A program made the position numbers and the translations under genes. A stretch of DNA of 53,146 bases from an uncultured Clostridia bacterium (GTDB taxonomy: Bacteria; Acidobacteriota; Aminicenantia; UBA2199). Below the pieces are notes generated by a model. It saw only the letters and a program-made list of their open reading frames with translations. It did no database searches and had not been told where the DNA came from. Where the stretch lies: NCBI GenBank assembly GCA_964573895.1, contig CAZNLS010000004.1:1-53146 (forward strand), written 5' to 3'. Of the stretch, positions 42,912-52,961 are shown piece by piece (the first letter of the stretch is position 1; each line of letters opens with the position of its first letter).

Positions 42912-44260
42912 TATCCTTCCTTCTCAATTATTGTTAAATTTCTTCTGAGAATTGTCCCATAGTCACTTTTCGAAGCACAGACAAAGGTGCAGAGTGAAAG
43001 ATCTTCCTCAACAAGTTCAAGACATCCCAGTTTTTCCGCTTGTTCGATATCATTTACACTCAAAGCCCTGAGAAGATATACCGGTAATATGTCAAGCGGC
43101 ATTATCTTCTCAAAATTTCCAACAGCTATAATTGGCCTTGAACCGCCTTCGAGTGATGTAGTAAAATCAAATTTTTTACCGGGCATTATGGAGGAAGCGA
43201 GTATCTTCTTAACAGAAAATTTATTAAATCCCGGTGAAAGCCATCCAAAAAACTTTCTCTCTTTTCCTTCTTTCAAAACAGTAATTTGCTGATGATATCT
43301 TCCCAGGAAACCTAAATATCCTGAACAATCTCTGCCGTTAAGGACTGATCCCGAAATAATCCTGTTATCGCCTTCCCGGAGTTCATCTTTAACCAGTTCG
43401 GATATATCGGCACCCACTCTGGTGCGGATAAGTCTCGGTTTCAGAACACTCGGTCCTGCAAGAGAAACTATTCTGTCTGTATCAAGTGATCCCGAAGAAA
43501 AAAGTTTAGAAATTGCTATTACATCCTGTAAGCCAAGGTACCATACCTTCTTCCCGGGGCCGACCGGGTCAAGAAAGTGAATATGAGTTCCGGGAATTCC
43601 GGCCGGATGAGGTCCCCGAAAATTAACAATCTCAAATTTTTTCGATCCGTTTATATCAATATTGCTTCCTTCCTCTCTGCACAGGTAGACCATCCCGTCC
43701 GTAAGCTTAGCAAGAATTTCAATACCTTTTTCCACATTCTCCCTCTTTCCTTCAAAAACGGTGTCCATTGACGGTGCAAGAGGATTACTATCCATGGCAT
43801 TTACAAATATTGAATTAGGAATTATGTTTGGATCAGCCACTTTTCCAAAAGGCCTCTCTTTTAATGCAGTCCACTGACCGGACTCAAGAAGTAAAGCCCT
43901 GACCTCATCTCTGTCCAGTAAATTGATATCCCGCTTTTTATATGAGTTATATGAAACTTCTTCATCTCCTTCAATCCTAATGACAATCGATTCAAAAATT
44001 CTTTTGAGACCCCTGTTGACTGCAAGGATCTTTCCGGAAGCAGGAGATGTATAATTAATTCCGGCCATCTTTTTGTCCGTGAAGAGCAGTTGCCCCTTTT
44101 TCACCCTGTCCCCCGGCTTTACTTTAAGAGTAGGTTTCATTCCCGGATAATCGTACCCGATCAGTGCAGCCCGGGAAACCTCTTTCACATCAGTTACACT
44201 CTGATCAGGATCTCCCTTTATCGGAATATCCAAACCTTTTTTGATTTTAATAGTTCTCAT
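42911..44260 (-). CDS. nqrA: Na+-translocating NADH:quinone reductase subunit A
   Basis: 449-aa soluble subunit with N-terminus MRTIKIKKGLDIPIKG.P typical of NqrA. First gene of the operon. Confidence 0.92.
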   Translation of the reverse strand: MRTIKIKKGLDIPIKGDPDQSVTDVKEVSRAALIGYDYPGMKPTLKVKPGDRVKKGQLLFTDKKMAGINYTSPASGKILAVNRGLKRIFESIVIRIEGDEEVSYNSYKKRDINLLDRDEVRALLLESGQWTALKERPFGKVADPNIIPNSIFVNAMDSNPLAPSMDTVFEGKRENVEKGIEILAKLTDGMVYLCREEGSNIDINGSKKFEIVNFRGPHPAGIPGTHIHFLDPVGPGKKVWYLGLQDVIAISKLFSSGSLDTDRIVSLAGPSVLKPRLIRTRVGADISELVKDELREGDNRIISGSVLNGRDCSGYLGFLGRYHQQITVLKEGKERKFFGWLSPGFNKFSVKKILASSIMPGKKFDFTTSLEGGSRPIIAVGNFEKIMPLDILPVYLLRALSVNDIEQAEKLGCLELVEEDLSLCTFVCASKSDYGTILRRNLTIIEKEG

Positions 44261-44290
44261 ATTTGTTCTGTCCTCATATTTTGAAAAAGC

Positions 44291-44319
44291 ATATTATCAC
44301 ATTATTGTTAAAAAAACAA
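44291..44319 (-). promoter_or_regulatory. weak candidate promoter for the nqr operon
   Basis: On the minus strand: TTGTTT (44319-44314), 17-nt spacer, TAATAT (44296-44291). About 30 nt upstream of the nqrA ATG, with a GAGGA RBS between. Confidence 0.3.
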
Positions 44320-44447
44320 TAAAATAAAAAATTTTTTTAGATCCCTAAACTACCTATATAATATACTTTTTAGCTTACAAGTTTTTATAAAAAAATTTCA
44401 AGAAAAAATTTTTACATAAATTGATTTTGACAGATGAAAATGCAGCT

Positions 44448-44735
44448 TCACCATATTCTTCCGAGTTTTTCAATATCCTCCTGAGCATATTTTCTGAAAA
44501 GGATTTCCCATTCGCGGGATCCTTCAGGAACCGATTTTTTTTGTGACCTGACCCTCTCTTTTGCATCATCTTCAATCTGGTTAAAAAGTCTTAATTCATC
44601 CATAATAAGATGGAATACCTTCATTCTTATATTTCCTATATCACCATTGTAATCAAGGTCATCATTTGTTCTTATAAAATCTGTGATTAACGAAGCAAGA
44701 AAATTGACCTTATTTCTGGATAATTTCAGGCTCAC
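44448..44735 (-). CDS. DUF507-family protein
   Basis: 95 aa. The N-terminal M.LKLSRNKVNFLASLI and C-terminal EGSREWEILFRKY match my recollection of DUF507 proteins. Confidence 0.6.
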   Translation of the reverse strand: MSLKLSRNKVNFLASLITDFIRTNDDLDYNGDIGNIRMKVFHLIMDELRLFNQIEDDAKERVRSQKKSVPEGSREWEILFRKYAQEDIEKLGRIW

Positions 44736-45010
44736 AGGATAATTTCCTCCTGCTCAGCGAGCTTGCTTTTGACCATTTTGAACATCTCATAATAGTCTAT
44801 ATTTGTGTTTCTTATTTCATTAAGCTTTTCTTTAAGTATTTCCCGGACTTTATCATCAAGAAGGTCCTCTTTGGATAATTCTTCAGTTATGATATTTTCA
44901 ATTTCGAAAACGGTTTTATCCTTGTCTTCCGTGATAATAATATTTTCAGATAGCAGAGTTTTTACGGTCTGAAATGCTATTCTTTCAATCTGCTGCCTGT
45001 TTAGTCTCAT
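44732..45010 (-). CDS. DUF507-family protein (paralog, upstream partner)
   Basis: The ATG at 45010 gives MRLNRQQIERIAF.., a DUF507-like N-terminus. The ORF-track GTG at 45037 is possible but less likely. 4-nt overlap with the downstream paralog. Confidence 0.55.
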   Translation of the reverse strand: MRLNRQQIERIAFQTVKTLLSENIIITEDKDKTVFEIENIITEELSKEDLLDDKVREILKEKLNEIRNTNIDYYEMFKMVKSKLAEQEEIIL

Positions 45011-45101
45011 AGATAGTAATATAACAGATTTTGTCACTTAAATCAACCTGAATAGCTGTCTGGACACCCGTTCAGCCTGATAAAGGCTTTAAAAATTAAG
45101 A

Positions 45102-45911
45102 TTAATATTTTTTATAATATTTCAAAACAGAGGGCAACAGTTTCCTTAATCTTTTTACCCTTGTTTTACTTGCAGGATGAGTGGAAAGGAACTTTGGACC
45201 CCTTTTTCCTGTCTTCCTGTCCATTCTCTGCCAGAATGAAATGGCGGCAGCCGGATCATATCCTGCTCTTGCCATCAGGATAAGTCCAATATGATCTGCC
45301 TCACTCTCATGTGTTCTGCTGAATGGAAGAAGTACTCCCAACTGTGTTGCAACTCCGAATGCTATCATCATTAGTCCCCTCGTTTTATCGGGTTTATTCT
45401 TCAAAGCAATATCCAGAGCGACCCCTCCGAGTTGAACAAGAAGAAGCTGGCTCATTCTCTCATTTCCATGTTTTGCTATAGCATGACCTATCTCATGCCC
45501 CATTATCACAGCAAGCCCTGTTTCATTAAGTGCTATAGGAAGAATTCCGGTATAAACTGCAACTTTACCACCAGGCATACAGAAAGCGTTTATAACTTTT
45601 CGGTTTTCAATCAGATTGAATTCCCACTTGAAATTTTTCAATTCTTTTGTCAACCCCTCTTCACGCATGAACATTTCAGCTGAACGAGCAATTCTGTTAC
45701 CCACCTTTCTTACAATTGCCACTTTTCTGAAATCAGTAGAAAGTCTTGATTTATTTAAAAGAGACCTGTAACTTTGAAATGCCATAGTTGTCAGGCTCGA
45801 AGACGGCAGTAATGCGATCCTTTTCCTTCCTGTAAGGGGTACAGTGGAGCAGGAAGAAATAAAAAATGATAAAAGTGTTATTAAAATTAAAATTTTTCTT
45901 TTTTGATACAT
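45102..45911 (-). CDS. M48-family zinc metallopeptidase, lipoprotein (LoiP/YggG-like)
   Basis: HExxH motif (MGHEIGHAIAKH) and a downstream E in ..HESEADH... Signal peptide with lipobox FISSC. The ATG at 45911 has AGGAGG upstream. Confidence 0.82.
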   Translation of the reverse strand: MYQKRKILILITLLSFFISSCSTVPLTGRKRIALLPSSSLTTMAFQSYRSLLNKSRLSTDFRKVAIVRKVGNRIARSAEMFMREEGLTKELKNFKWEFNLIENRKVINAFCMPGGKVAVYTGILPIALNETGLAVIMGHEIGHAIAKHGNERMSQLLLVQLGGVALDIALKNKPDKTRGLMMIAFGVATQLGVLLPFSRTHESEADHIGLILMARAGYDPAAAISFWQRMDRKTGKRGPKFLSTHPASKTRVKRLRKLLPSVLKYYKKY

Positions 45912-45960
45912 ACATCCTCCTGAAAATTCATATACAGAAGTATAATACACAAATTGTTAA

Positions 45961-45994
45961 AAAAAATAAAAAAAAAGGGGGGCATAAGCCCCCC
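45961..45994 (-). terminator. rho-independent terminator of the Spy-like gene
   Basis: On the minus strand: GGGGGGC-TTAT-GCCCCCC (45994-45977), followed directly by a run of about 16 nt that is almost all T (45976-45961). Confidence 0.8.
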
Positions 45995-46024
45995 ATTTGT
46001 GGAGTTACATGAAAAAATTTTTAA

Positions 46025-46552
46025 TTACCTAAAACTTTTTCTCATTGGTCTGTCCCGGCGAGGTGATCTTTCTCTCCCCGGACGACTTCTAAGTCTGCGG
46101 CCAATCATTTTTTTTAGTTGTTCAATTTTTTTCAACTGCTCAGTAGTCAGAGTCTCTTTGATATCCAGCCTGTAGTTCATCTGGTCAACCTGCATTCCGG
46201 TTTTAAATTTACCGATATTTCTCAACATTTTTTCTGCTTGCTTTCTGTCTACTTTGTCGGCCCTGAGATAACCTGCCAGTTTTATCTCCTGCAGCTTGAG
46301 ATCTGCGGTTGTTTTTATAATAGATTCCTGAAATGAGAAATTCATCTTTTCAATTTTTTTTAATTGTACCTCCGTCAAGCCTATTTCCTTTTTGAATTTC
46401 AACAGGAACCTTCCTGCCAACAGATTTTTCATTGCAATGTTATTTCCAAACCTCATATGTTTCTGCAGATAAGGACCGGGTTCTGCACTCAGCATTGTCA
46501 GTGAATAACCTGCCAATAAAATTACTGTGATTAATATAACAGCTTTCTTCAT
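46025..46552 (-). CDS. periplasmic Spy/CpxP-family (LTxxQ) protein
   Basis: Signal peptide and two LTxxQ motifs (LTEVQ, LTTEQ). Very basic Arg-rich C-terminal tail. The ATG at 46552 has GGAGG 5 nt upstream. Confidence 0.7.
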   Translation of the reverse strand: MKKAVILITVILLAGYSLTMLSAEPGPYLQKHMRFGNNIAMKNLLAGRFLLKFKKEIGLTEVQLKKIEKMNFSFQESIIKTTADLKLQEIKLAGYLRADKVDRKQAEKMLRNIGKFKTGMQVDQMNYRLDIKETLTTEQLKKIEQLKKMIGRRLRSRPGRERSPRRDRPMRKSFR

Positions 46553-46614
46553 TTTTGCCTCCATTTGCTTTCTGATAATCTAAAACAACCGGAAGGCAAA
46601 TTTCTTGCGGAATT

Positions 46615-48432
46615 TTATTTTTTTTTCTTTTTAATCGTTAGGAAAATACTTAGTGCATTGATCGCTGCCGGAGTAACTCCCGGAATTTCACTCGCTTTCC
46701 TGAGATTATCAGGCTTAATCTTCTTCAGCTTTTCTCTTATCTCTGTCGAAAGCCCGTCAACCTCATCATAATTAATTTCACCAGGCAAAATTAATTTTTC
46801 GAGACTCTCAAGCCTTTTTATATCGGCTTTTTGCCTGACAAGATATCCTTCATATTTAATCTCAGCCTCAATATATGCAGCATCACTTCTGCTTAGTTCA
46901 TCATTGATAAATTTACCGTGAATTTTCGACAACTTTTCAATATTTATTCCGGGAATTTTAAGTATCTGAGCAAGTGAAGACTTTTTCCCATTATAGTCTC
47001 CCTTTTTTTTATAAAGAGAATCAATTATTTTTCTTCTCTTTTGGAAAATCTTATTGATCCGGCTATACGCTCTTTTTTCAATCAGTCCATATTTTAATCC
47101 AAAATCACCCAGTCTTTCAAAAGCATTATCTTCTCTTAACATCAGCCTGTACTCAGCTCTTGAAGTAAATAACCTGTAGGGTTCATCAACTCCCCTGGTT
47201 ACAAGATCCGAGATCATTACTCCCATATAAGCAGTGTCTCTCCCCGGAACAAACTCCTGCTCATCTCTTAATTTAAGAACAGAATTGATTCCCGCAAGAA
47301 GACCCTGTGCAGCAGCCTCTTCATATCCTGAAGTTCCGTTAACCTGCCCTGCAAAATAGAGGTTTTCTATCTTCCTGCTCTCCAGAGTATATTTTAATTG
47401 TTTTGGGTCAATTGAATCATACTCAATTGCATATCCGGGCCTCATCATCACTGCATTTTCCAGCCCCATAATCGACTTTAAAATCTTTTTTTGAACATCT
47501 ACAGGCAGGCTTGTTGAGAGCCCGTTCGCATACACTTCTTTATTTTCAATCCCCTCCGGTTCAAGGTAAAAATGGTGCCGCTCCCTGTGGGGAAATTTAA
47601 TTATTTTATCTTCAACCGAAGGACAATATCTCGGACCGATACCCTCTATCTTTCCCGAATAAAGCGGAGACTTTGCTATGTTATCCTCAATTACTTTTTT
47701 TACATCTTTGTTTGTATAACCGCCCCAGCAGACAATCCTGTTTTTCACCGGGAAACGGGTAAAGAGTGAAAACGGAACCGGATCAGGATCACCATATTGA
47801 GGAGTGAATCCGGAATAATCGATTGAATCCGCGTGAAGACGCATGGGAGTACCGGTCTTCATCCTTCTTGTTATAAACCCAAGTTTTTTCAAATCCTCAG
47901 CAAGTTCAACAGATGGCGGTTCATTGCTTCTTCCCGCATCAATTGTATTTTCCCCAATATAGATCCTTCCGTTGAGAAAGGTGCCTGCGGTAATTATAAC
48001 TGCATCACAATCGATTCCTCCGCCCTCAATAAACCTGACGCCTTTAACTTTCCCGTTTTTCACATCAATTGAAGATACTACCGACTGGTAAATTTTAAGT
48101 CCCGGGAGATTTTCCAGAAACCGTTTTATTAAATTTCTGTATTCAATCTTATCATTTTGAGATCTTGTTGCCCTGACAGCCGGACCCTTACTCATATTCA
48201 GAGTCATGAAATGGATCCCGGTCCTGTCTGCAGCACCAGGCATGACTCCTCCAAGAGCGTCTATCTCTTTAACAAGATGTCCCTTGGCAATTCCTCCTAT
48301 AGAAGGGTTGCATGACATCTGTCCCGCTGTTTCAAGATGAATAGTTACAAGAGTCGTATCGGCACCCATTTTTGATGCCGCTGCTGCAGCCTCAATTCCG
48401 GCATGACCAGCACCTATTATGACTATTTTCAT
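46615..48432 (-). CDS. mnmG: tRNA uridine 5-carboxymethylaminomethyl modification enzyme
   Basis: 605 aa. N-terminal FAD motif [13 protein letters not shown] and full-length GidA/MnmG-like sequence. Confidence 0.95.
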   Translation of the reverse strand: MKIVIIGAGHAGIEAAAAASKMGADTTLVTIHLETAGQMSCNPSIGGIAKGHLVKEIDALGGVMPGAADRTGIHFMTLNMSKGPAVRATRSQNDKIEYRNLIKRFLENLPGLKIYQSVVSSIDVKNGKVKGVRFIEGGGIDCDAVIITAGTFLNGRIYIGENTIDAGRSNEPPSVELAEDLKKLGFITRRMKTGTPMRLHADSIDYSGFTPQYGDPDPVPFSLFTRFPVKNRIVCWGGYTNKDVKKVIEDNIAKSPLYSGKIEGIGPRYCPSVEDKIIKFPHRERHHFYLEPEGIENKEVYANGLSTSLPVDVQKKILKSIMGLENAVMMRPGYAIEYDSIDPKQLKYTLESRKIENLYFAGQVNGTSGYEEAAAQGLLAGINSVLKLRDEQEFVPGRDTAYMGVMISDLVTRGVDEPYRLFTSRAEYRLMLREDNAFERLGDFGLKYGLIEKRAYSRINKIFQKRRKIIDSLYKKKGDYNGKKSSLAQILKIPGINIEKLSKIHGKFINDELSRSDAAYIEAEIKYEGYLVRQKADIKRLESLEKLILPGEINYDEVDGLSTEIREKLKKIKPDNLRKASEIPGVTPAAINALSIFLTIKKKKK

Positions 48433-49787
48433 TTTCCTATACAGAATTTCCCGAATATACCGGATAAAATTTCTTCATTTTGCACTTCGCCAAGTAATTC
48501 CCCGATAAATCTAAGTCCTATCCTCAAATCTTCAGCTAATAGTTCGGGCTCCTTCTTTCCCCCGGATAAATCTTTCTCCGTTTCCTTTAAGATATTGTAG
48601 AGTTTCCCAAGTAAATCCTTCTGTCTGAGATTTACTGAAATTTCTGAAAAAGAATCAATGATTTCTTCTGCTATCCCCGTAATGAAATCCAGAATACTTT
48701 CTATGTTTTTATCCTTCAGTACGGAAACAGAAATGACTGTCTCTCCCGGAAATATTTTCTTCACATCATTTTCATTCGTAACAACTCTCTTATCCGTCTT
48801 ATTAAGTACTATGATATGATCTTTCTTCTTTAAAAGCTTATGAATCTTCCTGTCATTTTTATCAATTTCTTCTGAGGCATCCAACATGAATATAACTGCT
48901 GTTGAGTCCCTGATAATATCTATTCCCCGCTCAATACCCTTTCTTTCAACAACACCTGCGGGACTGACATTTACACCGGCAACATCAACAAGTTCAACCG
49001 GCAGATCCCTGATATATATTCTTTCCCTGATGAAGTCCCTTGTTGTCCCGGGCTCTTCTGAAATAATCGATCTTTCCTCAAGAAGGATCCTGTTAAAAAG
49101 AGATGATTTGCCTGTATTGACTTTTCCGACAATTACTATAACAGGACCGTTATCCATCACTTTATTTGCTCTTTTCGTCGAGATAATATTTCTAATCTTT
49201 CTCAGGGCTTCCGACAGCCTTTGTGGCAAAATATTTCCAGTCAGCTTCTGATCCTCATTGAATTCAATTATTGTTTCTATTTTTATTAAGGAATTAATGA
49301 TATCTTTTTTTATTTCATCAAGGAACCGGGATAATTTTCCCTCAAGATTTCCGAATTTCATCTCCGCAAAATAACGTGAATTTGCATTGATCAAATCATT
49401 TACGGATTCTGCCTGGATCAGATCCATTTTCCCATTCCGGTATGCTCTTAAAGTAAATTCTCCATGAAGAGCGGGCCTTGCCCCCTTGCTAAAAATTATT
49501 TCAAGAATTTTTTCAACCAAATGCGGATTTGAATGAACAGATATCTCTATAAGATCTTCCCCTGTATAAGAGAAAGGTTCTTTGAAATAGGTGATCAGGC
49601 ACTCTTCGATCCTGTCTGATCCGTTGAGAATATAGGAGTGCCGGGTTTGGGAGTGGATCAGACTTTTTTTGCCCCCTTCAATTATTCCCTCGACAATGCC
49701 GGTTATGCCTTCACCGGAAATCCTTATTACCGCTATTCCGCCCCGGCCCCGGGGTGTCGAAAGTGCGGCAATCGCCTCCCGGTTCAT
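48429..49787 (-). CDS. mnmE: tRNA modification GTPase
   Basis: 452 aa. G1 motif GKVNTGKSS and the canonical C-terminal CIGK. 4-nt overlap with mnmG. Confidence 0.95.
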   Translation of the reverse strand: MNREAIAALSTPRGRGGIAVIRISGEGITGIVEGIIEGGKKSLIHSQTRHSYILNGSDRIEECLITYFKEPFSYTGEDLIEISVHSNPHLVEKILEIIFSKGARPALHGEFTLRAYRNGKMDLIQAESVNDLINANSRYFAEMKFGNLEGKLSRFLDEIKKDIINSLIKIETIIEFNEDQKLTGNILPQRLSEALRKIRNIISTKRANKVMDNGPVIVIVGKVNTGKSSLFNRILLEERSIISEEPGTTRDFIRERIYIRDLPVELVDVAGVNVSPAGVVERKGIERGIDIIRDSTAVIFMLDASEEIDKNDRKIHKLLKKKDHIIVLNKTDKRVVTNENDVKKIFPGETVISVSVLKDKNIESILDFITGIAEEIIDSFSEISVNLRQKDLLGKLYNILKETEKDLSGGKKEPELLAEDLRIGLRFIGELLGEVQNEEILSGIFGKFCIGK

Positions 49788-50392
49788 TACCTCTTTTTTA
49801 TTGTAATGGTTTTCAGAAAACCGTCTCCATCGCTGTTAGATTCCAGATCGGGATATTTATTTATTATCATGTGTACAACTCTTCTTTCAAACGGATTCAT
49901 CTCTTTTAAAGACATCGGCCTGCCTGCCTTTTTTATCATTTTTGCATATTGATGAGCAAGTCTTGACAGCTCTTTTTCTTTCTTTTTTCTGAAATTCTCA
50001 CTCTCACAATATATTTTCTTCCCTACTTTATCAGAGAACAGCCTGTTAAGGAGATACTGAATTGCATTAAGGAGATTCCCGTTTTTATAGAGAAGAAGTT
50101 TATAATCATTTCCGGAAAAATTAGCAGTGATAAATCCCTTGCCATGAGTAAGTTCAAATGTCAGTTCAAGGGTCATCAACTTAATGAGGCTTTTTATAAA
50201 TCCTCCAAGCTCCTTTTCATCATTACCGTCAGCAGGCCAGGCCGTTATATGGATTTCTTTTTGTTTATGTCCGAAATATCTCGTTTTTTCAGTATTTATT
50301 TCATATTTCAACATATCTTCTTCAACATTAAATTCTTCAGCCGCCAGTATCAACGCCTCTTTCAGGGAATATGACTGAAACTCTTTTTTCAT
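49787..50392 (-). CDS. jag: Jag/KhpB RNA-binding protein (KH + R3H domains)
   Basis: 201 aa. C-terminal R3H motif (..FERRVVHM..). Conserved position between yidC and mnmE. Confidence 0.85.
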   Translation of the reverse strand: MKKEFQSYSLKEALILAAEEFNVEEDMLKYEINTEKTRYFGHKQKEIHITAWPADGNDEKELGGFIKSLIKLMTLELTFELTHGKGFITANFSGNDYKLLLYKNGNLLNAIQYLLNRLFSDKVGKKIYCESENFRKKKEKELSRLAHQYAKMIKKAGRPMSLKEMNPFERRVVHMIINKYPDLESNSDGDGFLKTITIKKR

Positions 50393-50393
50393 T

Positions 50394-52184
50394 TTATCTT
50401 GCCCTCTTTTTTTTCTTTAATACTTTCCTCATCCTCTCTTCTTCCTTTTTCTTAGCAAAAATCTTCTTGTTTATTATATACTGCTGACCAATCTGTAAAA
50501 GGTTAGACATAAACCAGTAAAGGTTCAGACCCGAAGAAAAATTCATAAAGAGAAATACCATGACTACAGGCATAATGTAGGTCATTTTTTTCTGGGAACT
50601 GTCGGCACTGGTGGGTGACATTTTTGTAACAATTATCTGTGTAACACCCATTAAGATTGGAAGCAAATAAACAGGATCTTTCAGGGAGAGATCTTTTATC
50701 CAGAGTATCCAGGGCTCATGCCTTATGTTTATTGAAGTCTGCAGAAGCCTGAACAATCCGAAGAAAACCGGCATTTGGAGTAAAAGCGGAAGGCATCCTC
50801 CGGCCGGATTTACCTTTTCGGACTTGTAAAGTGCCATAGTTTCAGCATTCATTTTCCGCCGCTGTTCCGGATCTTTGAGGTTTTTATACTTCTTTTTTAT
50901 TGCCTTTATCTTCGGTTGAAGAGTCTGCATTTTTGCCATAGAGACACTGGAAGAATAAGTAAGTGGAAACAGGATTACTTTTATTATCAAAGTGAGGATT
51001 ATTAACGCCCATCCATAATTTGGAATTGTTTTATGTATTGCCACAAGGCCTTTTAACATCAGTTTTGCGATCGCTCCGAAAATACTCCAGCCATAATCGA
51101 TAACGCGGTTTGCTTCCGTAAATGTGTTTTCGATTTTTGCAAGTTCTTCTTCGTCTTTCGGGCCGAGATAAAAATTAACGGGATTTGCAAAAGTTATATA
51201 AGCATAAGAACGGGATTTGCCGTCAGAACCTTTTCTCTTGACAGTGAAATATTTGACTTTGGATTCTCTTGTACCGCTGCGTACGAGTAATGCAAAATAG
51301 GGTCTCTCGTATGCTATCCAGTTAAAAAAACCATTCATTATTCCGGAACCGGATTCTATATCGGGATTCAGTTTTTTACCCTTAATTCTAAATAAATTGA
51401 CTTCGCTTACTTTATTACCGTCAAATCCTTTTAATAAAAGAGATCTTTCAGGCGATCTGACAGGAAAAATATTATTTGCAAGATCCGGACCGAACATGAC
51501 AGGGAAATCTATCTTTTTCCCATTTTTAATAAATACTATTTTACTATTTATAACATAACTTCCGTTTAAGAATACAAACTCTTTTTTTATACTTAGATTT
51601 TTCGCTGGATCAGCATATTCAAACTCAATAGCCTGTTTTTCATTTCCGGAAAGCCTGATGAAAGTTTTATTTTTTCTGTTAAAACGGAACAATTTTTTAT
51701 TAATATCTTTTATTGATGACTCTCCTTCAAAAGTAGAAAAATAGAACGGGAGGTAAACATCCGGGCCAAATTTATCGTCAACTTTGGAAGAGACAAGGTC
51801 GAGCTCTTTTTTGCTGTCATCCATATATCTTTTAAGTGTAAAAGATTTCAATCCCGCACCGACATTTGTAAAAACAGCCCTGTAAAGATCTGTTTCGATC
51901 ACAATTTCCCGGGAGCCTGAAGAGGATACCGATTTTTCAACTTTCGTATATTCAAGCTCTGTTTTTTTTTCTTCCTCTTTTTTTTCCGCAAAAATATCCG
52001 AGAGACTCTGGTCAGATGTTACATTTTCAGGGTCCTTTTTTTCAGCTTTCTTTTCAGTTTTTTCTACTACAGGAACTGAAGTTTTTACAGGCCGGGGCTG
52101 CGGTTTCGGCATAAAGAAATACTGATAGACCGCAATAACAATAATGGACAGTGCAATTGCCAGAATTAATTTTTTTGTTTCCAT
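50394..52184 (-). CDS. yidC: membrane protein insertase YidC (long, diderm type with periplasmic P1 domain)
   Basis: 596 aa. N-terminal TM helix, a large periplasmic domain, and a C-terminal 5-TM core (..[12 protein letters not shown].., ..[13 protein letters not shown]..). Confidence 0.95.
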   Translation of the reverse strand: METKKLILAIALSIIVIAVYQYFFMPKPQPRPVKTSVPVVEKTEKKAEKKDPENVTSDQSLSDIFAEKKEEEKKTELEYTKVEKSVSSSGSREIVIETDLYRAVFTNVGAGLKSFTLKRYMDDSKKELDLVSSKVDDKFGPDVYLPFYFSTFEGESSIKDINKKLFRFNRKNKTFIRLSGNEKQAIEFEYADPAKNLSIKKEFVFLNGSYVINSKIVFIKNGKKIDFPVMFGPDLANNIFPVRSPERSLLLKGFDGNKVSEVNLFRIKGKKLNPDIESGSGIMNGFFNWIAYERPYFALLVRSGTRESKVKYFTVKRKGSDGKSRSYAYITFANPVNFYLGPKDEEELAKIENTFTEANRVIDYGWSIFGAIAKLMLKGLVAIHKTIPNYGWALIILTLIIKVILFPLTYSSSVSMAKMQTLQPKIKAIKKKYKNLKDPEQRRKMNAETMALYKSEKVNPAGGCLPLLLQMPVFFGLFRLLQTSINIRHEPWILWIKDLSLKDPVYLLPILMGVTQIIVTKMSPTSADSSQKKMTYIMPVVMVFLFMNFSSGLNLYWFMSNLLQIGQQYIINKKIFAKKKEEERMRKVLKKKKRAR

Positions 52185-52417
52185 ATTTTTATCTCCTCAA
52201 AATTCTCCGGTACCGGATCATCTCCTCCTTTATGGAACGGATGACATTTCAGAATTCTCTTAATACCAAGGAAAACTCCCCTGAAAACACCGAATTTTTT
52301 TACTGATTCCATCGTATATACAGAGCATGTGGGCTGGAATCTGCAGTGATTTCCTAAAAGCGGGGATATGAATTTCTTATATCCTCTTATCAGAAGTATT
52401 ACCAGTTTTTTTATCAT
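52166..52417 (-). CDS. yidD: membrane protein insertion efficiency factor
   Basis: 83 aa with the conserved motif [10 protein letters not shown]...[13 protein letters not shown]. Confidence 0.92.
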   Translation of the reverse strand: MIKKLVILLIRGYKKFISPLLGNHCRFQPTCSVYTMESVKKFGVFRGVFLGIKRILKCHPFHKGGDDPVPENFEEIKIWKQKN

Positions 52418-52757
52418 TCTGATTCGTTTTTTACTAAACTTTTTATCAAAAGAGATTCAATACTCTTAAAATCTTTTCTTCCGAACTTTTTCTTTATTGA
52501 AACCCAGAAATCACAATAGGGAACAGCCAGACTTCGATCCGAATTCCTGAAAAGTTCGCGCATAACTCTTTTTATATAATTTCTGCAAACAGCATTTCCT
52601 ATTTTCTTATTCACAGAAACCGCAAAACGGTTAAAAGATAATCCGTTTTCGATCTTGTATAAAAAAAAAATTCTGTCTTAATCCTGTCCGCCTTTTTTAA
52701 CATATGGAGGAAATCTTCACTTTTTCTTATCCGCTTATATGATGAAAGACCCGGCAT
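52414..52757 (-). CDS. rnpA: RNase P protein component, reading frame interrupted in a T10 homopolymer
   Basis: The N-terminal 29 codons from the ATG at 52757 ([29 protein letters not shown]) run into T10 on the coding strand (52670-52661). The C-terminal part (..[41 protein letters not shown]..) lies one frame over. Total length is 344 nt; one extra T would give 345 nt, or 114 aa plus stop. Confidence 0.8.
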
Positions 52758-52764
52758 TGATAAA

Positions 52765-52899
52765 TTATGCGGCGAGTCTCTTTCTTCCCTTTCTTCTCCG
52801 GCTGTTAATAACTGCCCTGCCGGCTTTTGTAGACATTCTTACACGAAAACCGTGAGTTTTACTTCTTTTTCTGTTATTTGGTTGATAAGTTCTTTTCAC
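52765..52899 (-). CDS. rpmH: 50S ribosomal protein L34
   Basis: Absent from the ORF track because it is under 60 aa. My hand translation is (GTG)[52 protein letters not shown] upstream; stop lies 8 nt before the rnpA ATG. Confidence 0.92.
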   Translation of the reverse strand: MKRTYQPNNRKRSKTHGFRVRMSTKAGRAVINSRRRKGRKRLAA

Positions 52900-52932
52900 A
52901 GCTAACTCCTCTCAATATGAAAATTAAAGAAT

Positions 52933-52961
52933 ACTATATTAAAAAAAACCGTTTTTGTCAA
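52933..52961 (-). promoter_or_regulatory. sigma70-type promoter for rpmH-rnpA-yidD-yidC...
   Basis: On the minus strand: TTGACA (52961-52956), 17-nt spacer, TATAGT (52938-52933). About 33 nt upstream of the rpmH GTG. Confidence 0.65.

Noticed and set aside
44375-44575. 66-aa minus-strand ORF spanning the DUF507 3' end and the nqr upstream spacer.
   Set aside because: It overlaps the better-supported DUF507 frame, has no RBS and no recognisable motif, and its tail runs through AT-rich intergenic sequence.
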